From assembly GCA_964016885.1 (NCBI GenBank), contig OZ024742.1, forward strand, positions 256,804,001 through 256,868,000: DNA of 64,000 nucleotides, given 5' to 3'. Positions 28,548 through 42,088 of the stretch are shown here, in pieces; the stretch's first letter is position 1, and the number at the start of each line of letters is the position of its first letter. This DNA comes from Eledone cirrhosa. Taxonomy: Eukaryota. A program made the translations under genes and the position numbers. The notes beneath the pieces were generated by a model, which was not told the DNA's origin, did no database searches, and saw only the letters and a list, made by a program, of their open reading frames with translations.

Positions 28548-28930
28548 CTAATTGATACAATTTACACTATTAGAACCTTTAGGTTTATAATAAAAGTAAG
28601 AATTTGAAATGGCGTGGGGGCAAGAAGAGAATATCTCAGACTTTCTATTAAGTAAGGTTTCCCTAGAGAAAATTATAGAGTGGGTCTCAAGGATACAGAG
28701 ATTACAAAATCTAGTATGTGTTGAAAGGTTATTAGAGCGTGCTACTATACGCCAATTAAGGCTATATGGTATATTAGCCCCCTTATGATCCCAGATATGG
28801 TGTGCTAGAGAAGTCGAATTCTTAAACCTAACATGTTTAAAATTAGAGATATGAGAATTAAACCTAGTCTTAAAAGTGTTAGGTGTAGAGCCTATATATG
28901 TGCTATTAGAGGAATTGGTTTTAACTACAT
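28548..28930 (-). mobile_element. PLE GIY-YIG endonuclease fragment; a probable long AT-rich tail runs toward ~26700
   Basis: YVVKT..STYIGST..FKTRFNSH.SNF...STSLAHHIW.....LNWRIV...FCNLCILE...LLNRKSEIFSSCPH. Confidence 0.88.
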
Positions 28931-29164
28931 ATATATATACATGTGAAAACTCATACGTAAACGCACACACATGCACACATACACGCACACATACGATTGC
29001 ATTCGTATACATATACAAACACGTATACACATACATGCACTCATACGCATACATACATATATAAAAAAAACAACCGTATGAATAAACGGGTATAAAATAG
29101 ACGCAAGTATACATACATAAAAGCGGCTGAGGGACAACGGAAAATATTGGCAGTTAAAAACACA

Positions 29165-29563
29165 AGTGACAACCACCAGCAGCAACCTAGCAGCCACCAG
29201 CGAACGATATGTGGGTATGACACAAGACAAATTCAAAACGCGTTATTACTCACATGTCGCATCTTTCCGACATCCTTAACAAAGATTTGCAACAGCTCTG
29301 GCTAGCAGAATTTGGGATTTGAAGGACCAAGGTATCCATTATAAATTTGATTGGTCAATATTGAACCACTCTAAAGAATACGCAAGAGGAACAATAACAT
29401 GCGCATTCTGCATAAGTGAAAACTACTGGATTTTACAGACTTTAAATTACCCAAAACCTGCTTAAATGCAAAAACAGAAATGTTCACCTGTTGCATACAA
29501 ATGAAAGCACACTTGCTTTCCAGCTCATATAAACCTAATCACTTTCAGACAGATCCTCCATGA
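29165..29563 (+). mobile_element. PLE GIY-YIG endonuclease fragment from another family, flanked by ~220-bp inverted repeats (28945-29170 and 29771-29985)
   Basis: RYVGMTQDKFKTRYYSHVASFRHP*..ATALASRIWDLKDQGIHYKFDWSIL...CAFCISE. Arms are gctgagggacaacggaaaatat / atattttccgttgtccctcagc. Confidence 0.82.
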
Positions 29564-31264
29564 ACTCTTGTTCTTCACTTTCCTTAATTACCTTCTATAT
29601 AGACTTCTCATTCGGTTTTACTTATCTTTTATTTTTATTTTTACTTTACATCCACTAGTGAGCCCCCCCCCCCTCCCCCTGCTATTTGATTCATTAACTT
29701 GATATCTTAACAATTATACATTATTTACATTTATTTTGCTTCCCCCTTTTTTTTCACTACCAGACATCACATGTCACTTGTGTTTTGAACTCCAGATATT
29801 TTCCGTTGTCCCTCAGCCGCTTTTATGTATGTATACTTGCGTATATTTTGTACCCATTTATTCATACGGTTTTTTTTTATATATGTATATATGCGTATGT
29901 GTGCATGTATGTGTATACGTGTTTGTATATGTATACGAACATATTCGTATGTGTGCGTGTATGTGTGTATGTGTATGTGTGCGAATATCCAAACGACACC
30001 TACCAGATTTATACGTTTTTTACCATAGGGAAACATGCGCAAGACGTGAACTGGAGGGACTATTGAGTGGCGTTATTGAATATCATGTGGAGAGGATTTA
30101 TTGGGGTGATAAACACTTCAATAGTTCAGTTATTAATAGCTACGCATATTTACATTATCTAGAAGATTTCTTCGATATATAATATCTACCGGTATGAGAA
30201 TTATGTATATATTTTCATTTTCTTATTGTTATTAAAAGGTATATCGTTTGCAATATATGTTGTTTAATTGGTGAATTCTTACAATTAAATCCATCTCGCG
30301 CTGGGAATAAATTCGGCCTATACATTTGCAATCATACACACACTCACACCACAGGATAAAACGAAAATCACCATTACAAGAAAGCTTTTACTGATATACA
30401 TTTATCTTGTCTTTCTTTCTTTCTTTATTTTCTAAATTCTTCAGATACTTATGAATTGTATATCCACTCTCAAAAGGATCCCTTCCAATTATATTAATAT
30501 CTATGTTTGTATTTGTATTTCAACTTGTTCTATTCTGCAAACCCTAAGCATAATTTTGATCTCTTAACACAATGGGGACATAACGCATACACACAACGCA
30601 AGGCAAAAAAAAAATCAGTATCACTAGCATTTTTGTTTCGAGCTCGTAGACTCATCAATGCAGTGCATATCACGTTTCCTGGGCGTGAAGCGATCGAAAT
30701 TACAAGTCTTCTCCTCACACAGTATGCGTGTCTATTCGAGGGTTAAACCCCAGATATTGCGGATACATATTTTCAACCTAATATATCGGAGCCAACTGAA
30801 ATGGAGGGTTTTGATAAAAAACACAACCCAGTGGTGGAATTTAACCCACGATATTATGATCGCAAGCCCTTACCACTAAGACACGCGCCACCATTGTATC
30901 TTTGTTTAGCTATCTTTAGCAATTCTCACAAACACTGAAATTTTAACAGAATACAAGCCCATCAATATGCACACAAGTTACACACAATAGAAAATAGAAA
31001 GCTGTATCTGGATCATTAACATAAATAGAGAACGAATTTTTTCCATTTTAATCAAAACAATTTTATAGTGAATCAATTGAATCCCTACGTGACACAACCA
31101 GTCAGGTCGACGCCTGCAAATGATTGCATATACTTTATTGGTGAGGGGGAATTAAATTCGAGCCGAGACGCTACCCAATGCCATACATCTAAATATAAAT
31201 AAACACACACACATATACACCCCATCCCCATATATATATATATATTTATACGCAATAAGTTGAC

Positions 31265-32140
31265 GGAAATAGCATGGGTTTCACTGCTAGAAGCGGTTCA
31301 TCTCAGCGTTCTCAATATGTGATATTATGTAAACTCCCAGAATAGACACATAGTTATTTACTTCAATACAACATACGTAAATGGGTACCTTCAATCTTTA
31401 CCCATACTCAAATTTCGACTACACAGGAATAGAATGCAACAATAGAATGCACAGCATCTATTGTCAGCCTTTATTATGAAACAATGCACAATCTGCGCAT
31501 GTCGCTTCATCAGCGGGTTTCGCCTAATCAATAAACAATCAATCAACAAAATTCGATTCCAGTATGTGCCAGCCACGGCAGTTGTGATGGCCAACACAGT
31601 AAAACATTAGCAATGAAATCCATATATTGCTACTGATTCAGAAATGTACAAGAGTTATTAGAGCTTATATAAAACACAACAATAAAAATGTGAAACATTC
31701 TTAAACTTAGTTTTATTGTTAATCTGCAAGATGAAAAAAAAAATGAAAGTAAGATCACGGAACTAGCATGGGTTTCACTGCTAGTACTGTTTGAATCTCA
31801 GCGTACTCAATAAGTAATGTTAAGTAAACTCCCAGATAAGACACATACTTATTCACTTCAATACAACACACGCAAATGGTTAACTCTAATTGATACCCGT
31901 ACTCGATTTTCGGCCACACTTAATGCAGCAATAGAATGCACAACACACTCTGTCGGCATTTATTAAGCAACAATGCACAAATGGCGCATGTGGCTTCATC
32001 AGGGAGTTGTGCCTAATCAGTTACTAATACATCGAAATAATTCGATTCCAGTCCGTGACGGCCCAGCACAGTAAATCATTAGTAACTGAAATCCCTAACG
32101 TCATCTTAATGCCGTCCGCCGATTGGCTACCGATTCAGTA
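31265..32140 (-). repeat. Old, diverged tandem duplication (~490-bp period); each copy has a hammerhead with a long stem II (31400-31518 and 31895-32007)
   Basis: Copy 1: acccg CTGATGA agcgacat...gtgtagtc GAAA tttgag TA tgggt. Copy 2: CTGATGA agccaca...tgtggcc GAAA atcgag TA cgggt. Confidence 0.65.
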
Positions 32141-32189
<49 letters not shown>

Positions 32190-32465
32190 GATAAACTAAC
32201 AGAGGTATAGGCCGTCGTTATTCCCTGTAAATAATGTGCTCAAAGGGGAAGAGATCCTGAGCCCTTTTCGCTCCTAACAACAGCCTTTCCTAACTCTGTT
32301 TGGTTGAGCACTCTTCTCTGAGTGGCTTTGGGCTGCCCTTTCTAGCAGTTCGTCTCTCAGAGGCCACTGGTTCACTGCCCTTAAACACGCTGTGACTTCT
32401 CTCTCCCACGTGTGGCTGGACAGTCAATTGTAAAATTCTCTTAGTGTTGTCTGAGATGTATAGCC

Positions 32466-32548
32466 TTACACACGCTGATGAACCGAGACTAACATTTCTT
32501 TCAACGATTTCTCTGGCGAAACATATCTCTGGATTTGTACGTGTGTAA
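32466..32548 (+). ncRNA. Type I hammerhead ribozyme
   Basis: ttacacacg CTGATGA accgaga...tctctggc GAAA catatc tctg gatttg TA cgtgtgtaa. Stem I is a perfect 9 bp. Confidence 0.8.
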
Positions 32549-32712
32549 TATAGTTACAGAGGTATTTATTTACGCTTTAATTTATATTTTTAATTATCGT
32601 GTCTATAGTCTGCCTTTCATAGGTTATAGATTCCATACACTGGTGGTTTTTTCCCTGTATTATTGATAACGCACTATATATCTCTCTCTGGTGTGTTACC
32701 TTCTCAACATAT

Positions 32713-32772
<60 letters not shown>

Positions 32773-32969
32773 TTGTACTTGGGGAGGGTCATATTTGTGT
32801 AATATTGCCAGAATTAATAACAGAACACACTCACTGTTTGGTTAGTTTTCGCTTCTTGCTCTCTTTTATATCGGTAATCTAACTTACTCGGTCCTCAATG
32901 TTGCCATTGACTGACCGACGGTCAAAAATAATACAGATATAATATAGACACAAACACATATATATAGTT

Positions 32970-35606
32970 TATCATAAATCTTTCGTTGCACATCTGCAAC
33001 ATCGTCAGTGGTGTTATATTTTCCTCCTGTTGTGTTGTATGTCTACGCCATTTTTATTCAGTCTGTCTATATATTTATTTATTTATTTGCTTGTTTGTTT
33101 ATTTTATTTTGTCTTCTTTGCGCATGCGTTTGCGTGTGTGTATAGTGTTTTGTTTGCTGTGTGATGGGTGACTAGTGTGTGTTTATGTGCTTGTTGTTAT
33201 TGTGCTTGTGTATGTATTTATTTATTTATTTATTTATTTTATTTACTTATTTATACTTCTCTTAGGTCAGTGTCGTTTGTTTGGGTGTTTCTGTTATTCC
33301 ATTCATTCTTTCTGTTTAGCCTTGGTCTTCTAATTTCTATTTCACTGGCCTCTCTGACTTGCCTATCTGCTATGTCATTTCTATGTTTAGATATTATTCT
33401 AATTTCTATGTTGTCTATGTTACCGTCATGTTGTTGTCTAGCATGTTCGTATAGTACTGACCCGTTTTTTCGTCCTTTTAGTTCTCCCCAGTGTTGGTCT
33501 ATCCTTTCACCTATGCTACGAGCTGTGTCACCTATGTATGTTGTTGTCATGTTTCTGCAAGTACCCTCTGTACATCTTATGCTATAGACTACGTTTCTAG
33601 TTTTACAGTTTATCCGGCTTTCACCTTACATATGATACATTTCCTATTAGTACAGTGGGTTTTCTTAAAAGGGTAGGTTTTGCTGATCAGGGATTTTAAG
33701 GTGGTTCCTGGCTTTTCTACCACTTTTATTTTTAAGTGGGTCTTTCTCAGGGCCTTTCTACACTGGTTAGCTAATTTCCCTCCAGGGGTGGCGTCACAAA
33801 CATGACTCTCTGGTATCTCTGGTTGTCGTACCATGAGGTGGCTTTCCCTATCTTATGTCTAGCCCTATCTAAGCTATTCCATGATTTGCTCCTGTATAAT
33901 GGGCAAATTCCTTTCATGTCCAGTTATATGAGGGTCTTAAACTTTTCCATGGCTCCTTTGTGTACTCTGACTCTGTCTCTTTGGTTGTAGCCAGATAACT
34001 GCATGCGGTTGATGAAGTGTTGGATGTGTCATTCCATTTCTGTTGGGTCGCACATGCGGGACACATTCTTCATCACTCGTACCAAATCTGCGATCAGAAT
34101 ATTAAACTTAGCACTACTGGACATTGCTGAGTTTTTGAGTATCAGGTATTTGGAGGCCATGGGTTTAGCATAGTGTGAGTGGAGAATTTGGGCTCTCTCG
34201 TCTATAGTGTTAATCCAGAGTTCTGTGTCTAATACAGGTAGTCTATTGTTAGGGTGTTTGGAAGGGAAGTCGATAGTTACAGTTATACTCTGGTGTATGG
34301 AATTAGCTATCTGCTGGATGCTTTCCATCGTGCTACGTTCTAATTCAAACTTGTTAGCGCTCTCTAGTGGGAGTGTTCTTATAACTATATTGATATCGTC
34401 TATATAACGAGAGTACATGATGAGGTCTATGGAGCTTTCATTAAGGAGATCTTTAAGTCTCCTTTCCCACCATACCATGAAAAGGTTGGCAACATCACCA
34501 GCTATGCTGACGCCGATGGCTGCTCCCTCATTTTGGGTGTAGAATTTCTCGTTGAACTTAAATTAGTGGCCCTTTAGGGTAGTTTTGATACTAGCCCCTA
34601 TTGCATGTGCGACCATTTTTCTTACCTGATCATTGTTTTGGGGGGTCCGTATAGCTTTGGTCCACCCAATCCACCTTCCCATGGGAGTCTTTTTTGCCAT
34701 TGAGGTTATGGTGGGGGGTCTACCTCTTATAGGTCTACTAGGGCAGAAACATCTAAGTTCATGGCTGTCTAGGTAGTCAGTGTGGTAGGTAAGTCTAAGT
34801 ATGAGGCCCAGTTCGTCCGTGTCGACGTCGCAGAACTCCACCTCACTCTCAATGATCATCTCCACATCTTTTCACAGCAAAATCAATGTTAATGGATGGG
34901 TACAGTGACACCACATCCATGCTGCCTATTATGCAGTTGGATAGGCTCCTGTTTTTGTTGCACTCACTGATTCTGCTGAGGAGGTCCTCTGTACTGTCAC
35001 ATGCATCTGGGGACATCTTGATTATGGGGCGTATAACCATTGAGAGGAAGTAGGAGATCCTGTAGTTGCTAGCTATATTAGCTCTGCATACGGGTCTTAT
35101 TGGTGGTCCTGTTGTCGGGTCGTCGACTACCTTGTGGTCTTTGCGGAGCCATACAAGGGTGGTATGCTATTGTTAGACGCCTGGAAGTTGTTGGCAGTGC
35201 GTCTGCTTGGCTTTATGATGTCAGTCCACATCATCATGTGAGCGTTGAGGATTTTCTCTCTCCCATCGTGTGTTTGTTGTGCAATTTCGCTCGTGATGGT
35301 GATGTGGGTTTGCATGGCCCCGATGTAGTTCGACATGCTATCTATTGACATCCTACCAGACCTATCCGTGGGTAGACATACTACCTCACCATCCCTTGTG
35401 CGCTGCTTGAGGCTAACCAAGCCTTCTACAGGTTTCCTCCCAAGTTGTTGGGCCTCTGGTCTGCTCCGTCTCTTAGTATACCTGTCTACTATTTGTCTAA
35501 TCTTATTTCTAGCTATGGTGAACTGTGCCTCTGTCTCGTCATCTATTTGTTGTGGTATGCAAACTCTTTTATTAAAGGGTAACCTCGTAGGATAGATATT
35601 ACCCAT
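32970..35606 (-). mobile_element. Penelope-like element of a different clade (RT plus GIY-YIG), frameshifted, with a decayed hammerhead at ~32970-33013
   Basis: LPTDRSGR, GSMDVVSLYPSI, EGAAIG..IAGDVAN, YSRYIDDI, LPVLDTELW, CTNRKCIIC, YIGDTARSIGERIDQH and LNRKNEW. Tail motif is CTGACGA t gttgca gatg tgcaac GAAA. Confidence 0.9.
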
Positions 35607-37189
35607 CTTATATGTATATATAGATATATATTACCCATCTTATATATATATATATTAACTAGAAATGGATTGACATATATATATAATAAATACATGAAAC
35701 AATCACATGACAACCCTTAATTTTAATTTTGGATATATATATATATATAATATGTTTATGGGTGCATTCCCAATAGGTATCAGGAGCTGACATTTGGTAG
35801 TTACCACTATGATTGGATAACCTCACGGTGAAAACGGTAAGAGCTCAGTTATGAGACTGTAACTCATTACAATTCATTAACTCAACGTTCTCAAGTATCG
35901 CGCGAGCACTAAGCTTAACAATTGTCTTACTAATTTGAATGTCTTGTACTTAGTTACATTTACATCTGTATTAACGCGCACACATTAAATTTCAAACCAA
36001 TATTTATACCAAACACAGCGCTCAAAATTGTTGCTTTAGACTAAGCATGTGGAGACATGGCCTAATAATTACGATCCGAGTCTGTTTCCAGTACATGTTA
36101 ACGTGGGCATGTGTCATTTAGAATAGCCTTTGGTTGACCTATGTATTGTGAGTGAAATTGGTTAGAGGGAAACACTTTGGAAGCGTGTCGGATAGACTAC
36201 AACTATAATTATCACCCCCCCCCCGGTCACTCTTAATCACTGTGTACAAGGATCCAGGGATTTGTTTCGTCACGGGTCCCTCACCATCGGAACAGATCGT
36301 GGTCTGTTGACCATCTTTATTTGTCTTCTCATGAAAAAATAATTTTTCAGATATTTATCCGTTACACTCCATGATGTATTTCAGGATACAATTACAATAT
36401 GTAATAAACCGTTCTACAAGAAATTGAGCAATTTAAAGTTTTAATGTATTAAATATTATATACTACGTGTCATTACAATCCTCTTTATATTTTTCAGGTC
36501 AATTTCGAAGCGTCTCACCATTTTCTTGGTAATTTACGATGACAATAAAACTATTAATACGAAACATCTGGTATATATGTTTCTTTTCTCATCAGTTAAT
36601 GCCTACATTAAACTTACAAAATATTTATTATGGTCTAGAACAATTTTAATTAGGAATTTATTTATATATTTACGACTTGAGATTGTCTTCTTTCCTACTA
36701 AATTAGAAACCATTACTAATATTATTTTCATCACCATCGTTTTACATTATTGTATGTTTCATAAAGGAAAAGATGGCGTTGGAGTGTCTCAGAATATACA
36801 GTTGACATATAGTGCTAAGAGCACTATATGTAAGCTGGTGGCCTACTCCTCTCCGATTTCACCCTTTCATAATTCTTTCTTTTCCGTGCCTATTAATATG
36901 CGTATGTTCCGTATAGTTTACATCTTGAATATTTCATATTCTACTGAATTTTCAACCCTTTTATGTTATTTTACTTACCATCATTTTGCACCTATATTTA
37001 AATGTAAACCTACACACATGTTGACATAGCATTATTCTGAATATTTTTCTACGGAAGACGTAACCAAATTATTAATGGATATTTATTGAAACAGTACAAT
37101 TCGACATGAATTAAATCAAATATCTAGTATATAAGTCTTTCTTATTTAGACACAAACCCAGTAATTTAAGTGTAGTGAAAGCCGATTAT

Positions 37190-37540
37190 ATCGACACCAG
37201 TGCATTACTGGTACTTTATTTTATGAACCTCGTAAGGATGAAAGGTAAAGATAACATCGGCAGGATTTTAACTGAAAACTTAAAGGAGCGTAACTATATG
37301 CCATAAATGATGTTGTCCGACTCTCTACAAAGCGTGCCAATACACGAACCTTATCTAGTATATTATTGGACAATAGAACCCGACATTTTATTTTCTGATT
37401 TTAAACCCCATCAAGGTCAAACTTCCCATCCTATGTTCTGATGAGAGTAAAATAAAGTACCATTAATTATTGCGATGGATATAATCAATGTTCCCATCAC
37501 ACCAAATTTGCAGGCCTTGCGTCAAATGTAGAAACAATTA
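37190..37540. mobile_element. Two older diverged SINE copies in opposite orientation (37190-37350 minus, ~37400-37540 plus)
   Basis: cagtgcattactggtactttattttat...ggatgaaagg and aaaataaagtacc...ggccttgcg..gtagaaacaatta. Confidence 0.7.
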
Positions 37541-39119
37541 TCTGGCAGATTACTTTGTATTCTTTGTCCCTCCCTAACGTGTAGCAAAGCTCTGTTCATC
37601 ATAGATATACATAGCTTTGTTTAGAATACGTCATTTCTATTATATTGAAATTACAATACATAAAATGTATGGAGCGCATAGACCTTCTATTATTCGATTT
37701 CCCTCATGCTGTTCGTTTTTTGTAACGGCTGATCTCCTTCTTGAGATGATATTAACCTCCCACGTTTGTTCAGGTGTTGCGTTTTTGATTATTACTTTTC
37801 AAACACCTGTCACAATCACGGAATGTTACATTCGAATATTTTATTACCGCAACAAGTATCGATTCCTTAAATTATTTATGACACTCATTAAGTCAATAAA
37901 AAGTGAATGAGCTCTTCTCGTGTAGATTAAATTCTACAATGACAAATCCAATAATATACAACCCTATATTATTGCAAAAATATTCAGAATATCCGCGAAG
38001 GCTCTCGTCATCCTAACAAAAAATTATGCATTTCGTTTCTGACGCATTTCATTACGTGGTGATGAGAGTTACGTATAAAATTATTATTCAACCATGTAAT
38101 TTTATTACAAAAATTGTAACAGAGCTAATGTATTATACCTTACATTATTCACATACTGTAATTGAATTCAGTCGGTTTCGATGATGGTTGTTCCAGTTGA
38201 TCTATAAAAAAATATACCCTGCATATTAAATTAAGGTGAGAGTGACTAAGCATTACATAGATAGGTCTACTCCTAAAATAAAACACAGTAAGTAATCCTG
38301 AGCCTTGCAAATATGTTTAATCTACAGAGTTGTACCCATAGGTTATGGCTCGACGATCCCTGACAATGAACGGAACAAAGCGAAGATAATACGTCGTTAT
38401 ATGGAGCGGCGAGAACAATTTCACGCAAAGACAAAACTAATTTATTGTATAAACGGAGTTATTAGACTAATATTCTATTTAGGAAACCGAATGATTCTCG
38501 GCTTCGGAGTTTAGAATAATGTAAATAAATGTGTTGAACGAAGATGATAGAGTTTATTAAAATCATAAAGTCAATACTAATTAAATATATACATACACAC
38601 ATATATACACGTGCATACGTGAAAACACCCGCCATACATATGCATGCACATACACGTAGACAAGTGCACACGTACGTAAACCCGGCGCGACACATACCCA
38701 CGTACATATATATATGTGTGTGTTTATATAATTATATATACAAATATAAATATGTTCAACAAACGAACATATATTCACACCCTATGTACGCATATACAAG
38801 ACATACATACGTTCAAATACACATACACACTCATAGAACCCATATATACACATATATACATACGAGGAAGTCAGAGAGAGGGAGGAGGGACAGAGAGAAA
38901 GAGAGATAGTGATGGTGATCAACATTACGTAGTTTGTTACTCGATACGTAAGGAAGTAACATGTAAGCATCATAATAATGTTCTGCTCTACGGCTAAACT
39001 GTCATCGATTGAAAACACATTCAGACACACACACACATACACAAACACACACACACACACACACACACATACACACACACACACACCCATACACACACAC
39101 ACATACACATCGCTTAAGT

Positions 39120-39150
<31 letters not shown>

Positions 39151-39155
<5 letters not shown>

Positions 39156-41197
39156 TAAATCATGTCTTTAGAATTATTAGATAAAATATATACCATTTCA
39201 TGTCCCAATCAGCATAATTAACCATATAAAAAATCAATTGGACCAAGCTATAAGAATAAAGGCTCTTATGAAGAAATCTCCGACAAATAACCGAAAGTGG
39301 CCTCTTCGCGGTGGCCCCAATAGAGTATTTATCCAACATTTCGACAGCATGTAGAAACTGACTAAATATACCATGAACCATACACAATTAGGTGTAAATT
39401 CAAACTTAGAAGGAATGTGTACATACCGTAATTATATCTCTACCATGATTTCATCCGTATTTTTAGACATCCAATTAATAGGAAATGCCCAGTTTTCGGA
39501 TTCATCAATATACAAACTCAAAATTAGACACTTAGTTTTCCAAAGTGATCGCGCCAAAATTAGATTCAAAAATGGCTTAGAACCGCAATGTGGCAGTGCT
39601 CAAGTTAGAAAGAATGTGATTGGTTGCTTACGGCGGGTAGGCTTGTTGTTAGAAAGCGCAGCCAAATATCGCCAAATTGTATCTCAACCTAACGGGAGAT
39701 TATTAAATATAAAGGTTTACATATACATAAAGTTATAGATATATATGCTGCAACCGGTCACTTTGTGGCTCTATAAAGAATTAATAAATTAAATAATAAG
39801 AGCAATATATCATAAATCATGTCTTTAGAATTATTAGATAAAATATATACAATTTCCTCTCCCAATCAGCATAATTAACCATATAAAAAATCAATTAGAC
39901 CAAGCTATAAGAATAAAGGCTCTTATGAAGAAATCTCCGACAAATAACCGAAAGTGGCCTCTTCGCGGTGGCCCCAATAGAATATTTATCCAACATTTCG
40001 ACAGCATGTAGAAACTGACTAAATATACCATCAAGCATACGCAATTAGGTGTTAATTCAAACTTAGAAGAAATGTGTACATACCGTAATTATATCTCTAC
40101 CATGGTTTCATCCGTATTTTTAGACATCCAATTAATAGGAAATGCCCAGAGTTCGGATTCATCAGGAGACAAACTCAAAATTAGACACTTTGTTTTCCAA
40201 AGTGATCGCGCCAAAATTAGATTCAAAAATGGCTTAGAACCGCAATGTGGCAGTGCTCAAGTTAGAAAGAATGTGATTGGTTGCTTACGGCGGGTAGGCT
40301 TGTTGTTAGAAAGCGCAGCCAAATATCGCCAAATTGTATCTCAACCTAACGGGAGATTATTAAATATAAAGGTTTACATATACATAAAGTTATAGATATA
40401 TATGCTGCAACCGGTCACTTTGTGGCTCTATAAAGAATTAATAAATTAAATAATAAGAGCAATATATCATAAATCATGTCTTTAGAATTATTAGATAAAA
40501 TATATACAATTTCCTCTCCCAATCAGCATAATTAACCATATAAAAAATCAATTAGACCAAGCTATAAGAATAAAGGCTCTTATGAAGAAATCTCCGACAA
40601 ATAACCGAAAGTGGCCTCTTCGCGGTGGCCCCAATAGAATATTTATCCAACATTTCGACAGCATGTAGAAACTGACTAAATATACCATCAAGCATACGCA
40701 ATTAGGTGTTAATTCAAACTTAGAAGAAATGTGTACATACCGTAATTATATCTCTACCATGGTTTCATCCGTATTTTTAGACATCCAATTAATAGGAAAT
40801 GCCCAGAGTTCGGATTCATCAGGAGACAAACTCAAAATTAGACACTTTGTTTTCCAAAGTGATCGCGCCAAAATTAGATTCAAAAATGGCTTAGAACCGC
40901 AATGTGGCAGTGCTCAAGTTAGAAAGAATGTGATTGGTTGCTTACGGCGGGTAGGCTTGTTGTTAGAAAGCGCAGCCAAATATCGCCAAATTGTATCTCA
41001 ACCTAACGGGAGATTATTAAATATAAAGGTTTACATATACATAAAGTTATAGATATATATGCTGCAACCGGTCACTCTAGGCTCTATGAAGAATTAATAA
41101 ATTAAATAATCAGAGCAATATATCATAAATCATGTATTTAGAATTATTAGATAAAATATATACCATTTCCTCTCCCAATCAGCATAATTAACCATAT
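39151..41197 (-). repeat. Tandem array of a 657-bp unit (~3.1 copies) with one hammerhead per unit, ending in an inverted partial copy (41218-41396)
   Basis: Unit start tatcataaatcatg occurs at 39151, 39808, 40465 and 41121. HHR on the minus strand: tgtctc CTGATGA atccg...cggat GAAA ccatgg TA gagata. Confidence 0.93.
40092..40171 (-). ncRNA. Type I hammerhead ribozyme (identical copy at 40749-40828, decayed copy at 39435-39514)
   Basis: Canonical CTGATGA/GAAA/TA core. Stem I is tgtctc:gagata, stem II is atccg:cggat with a long extension, and stem III is the palindrome accatggt. Confidence 0.85.
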
Positions 41198-41388
41198 GCT
41201 TGTTCTAATTGATTATTTATATGGTTAATTTTACTGATTGGTAGAGGAAATGGTATGTATTTTATCTAATAATTCTAAAGACATGATTTATGATATATTA
41301 TTCTGATTATTTAATTTATTAATTCTTCATAGAGCCACAAAGTGACCGGTTGCAACATATATATCTATACCTTTATGTATATGTAAAC

Positions 41389-41425
<37 letters not shown>

Positions 41426-41550
41426 GATATCTACCAAAATATACGGTAGTATCCAATACGTATGAAGAACTCAACGTAATCCAAAAATCATGAAAAGAGA
41501 AGATGTATTCAAAGTTTTTTCGATGAAATACACAGAAAAACAGAGTCAAG

Positions 41551-41589
<39 letters not shown>

Positions 41590-41593
<4 letters not shown>

Positions 41594-41935
41594 AGATCAA
41601 CAGATGGTTAACAGAGTTCCATGTATTTTATTATTAGCATTTCAAAAACAAATATCATCATGTAATAACATTTGCATTTTCGTCAGATAAAATAGGGAGA
41701 CATGATATGAAGGTTAAAACACACTTGTCAATAGTGCAGTTTTAAATCAACATATGAAAATTACTTTTCATATGTTGATTTAAAACTGCACTATTCACAA
41801 GTGTGTCTTAACCTTAATATCATGTCTCATTATTTTATCTGACGAAAATGCAAATGTTATTGCATGATGATATTTGTTTTTGAAATGCGCATAATAAAAT
41901 ACATGTAACTCTTTTAACCATCATTTGATCCTATA
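41590..41935. repeat. Fold-back palindrome with a hammerhead in each arm (41624-41694 minus, 41831-41901 plus)
   Basis: Centre is catatgaaaa ttac ttttcatatg. HHR: tattttat CTGACGA aaatgcaaatgttattgcatgatgatatttgttttt GAAA tgcgca TA ataaaata. Confidence 0.85.
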
Positions 41936-42088
41936 TATTATTTATACTCCAGTCCTACAAACTGTAGAGTGCTATTTATCCGATATCTACAATAAAACTC
42001 ACCTCCTATATATATATATATTTATTAAAATAACAGATTAAAGTTTGAGCAAAGAATCACTGCTTTCACTCTTAACGGGATCTTCTCA

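Noticed and set aside
36480-36540. Possible micro-exon (polypyrimidine-cag...gtaatt) and ORF 36526-37029
   Set aside because: Splice-like signals are common by chance in AT-rich DNA, and there is no coding signature or partner exon.
39373-41052. Three 107-121-aa ORFs
   Set aside because: They are a by-product of the 657-bp unit, lie antisense to its ribozyme and show no recognisable domain.
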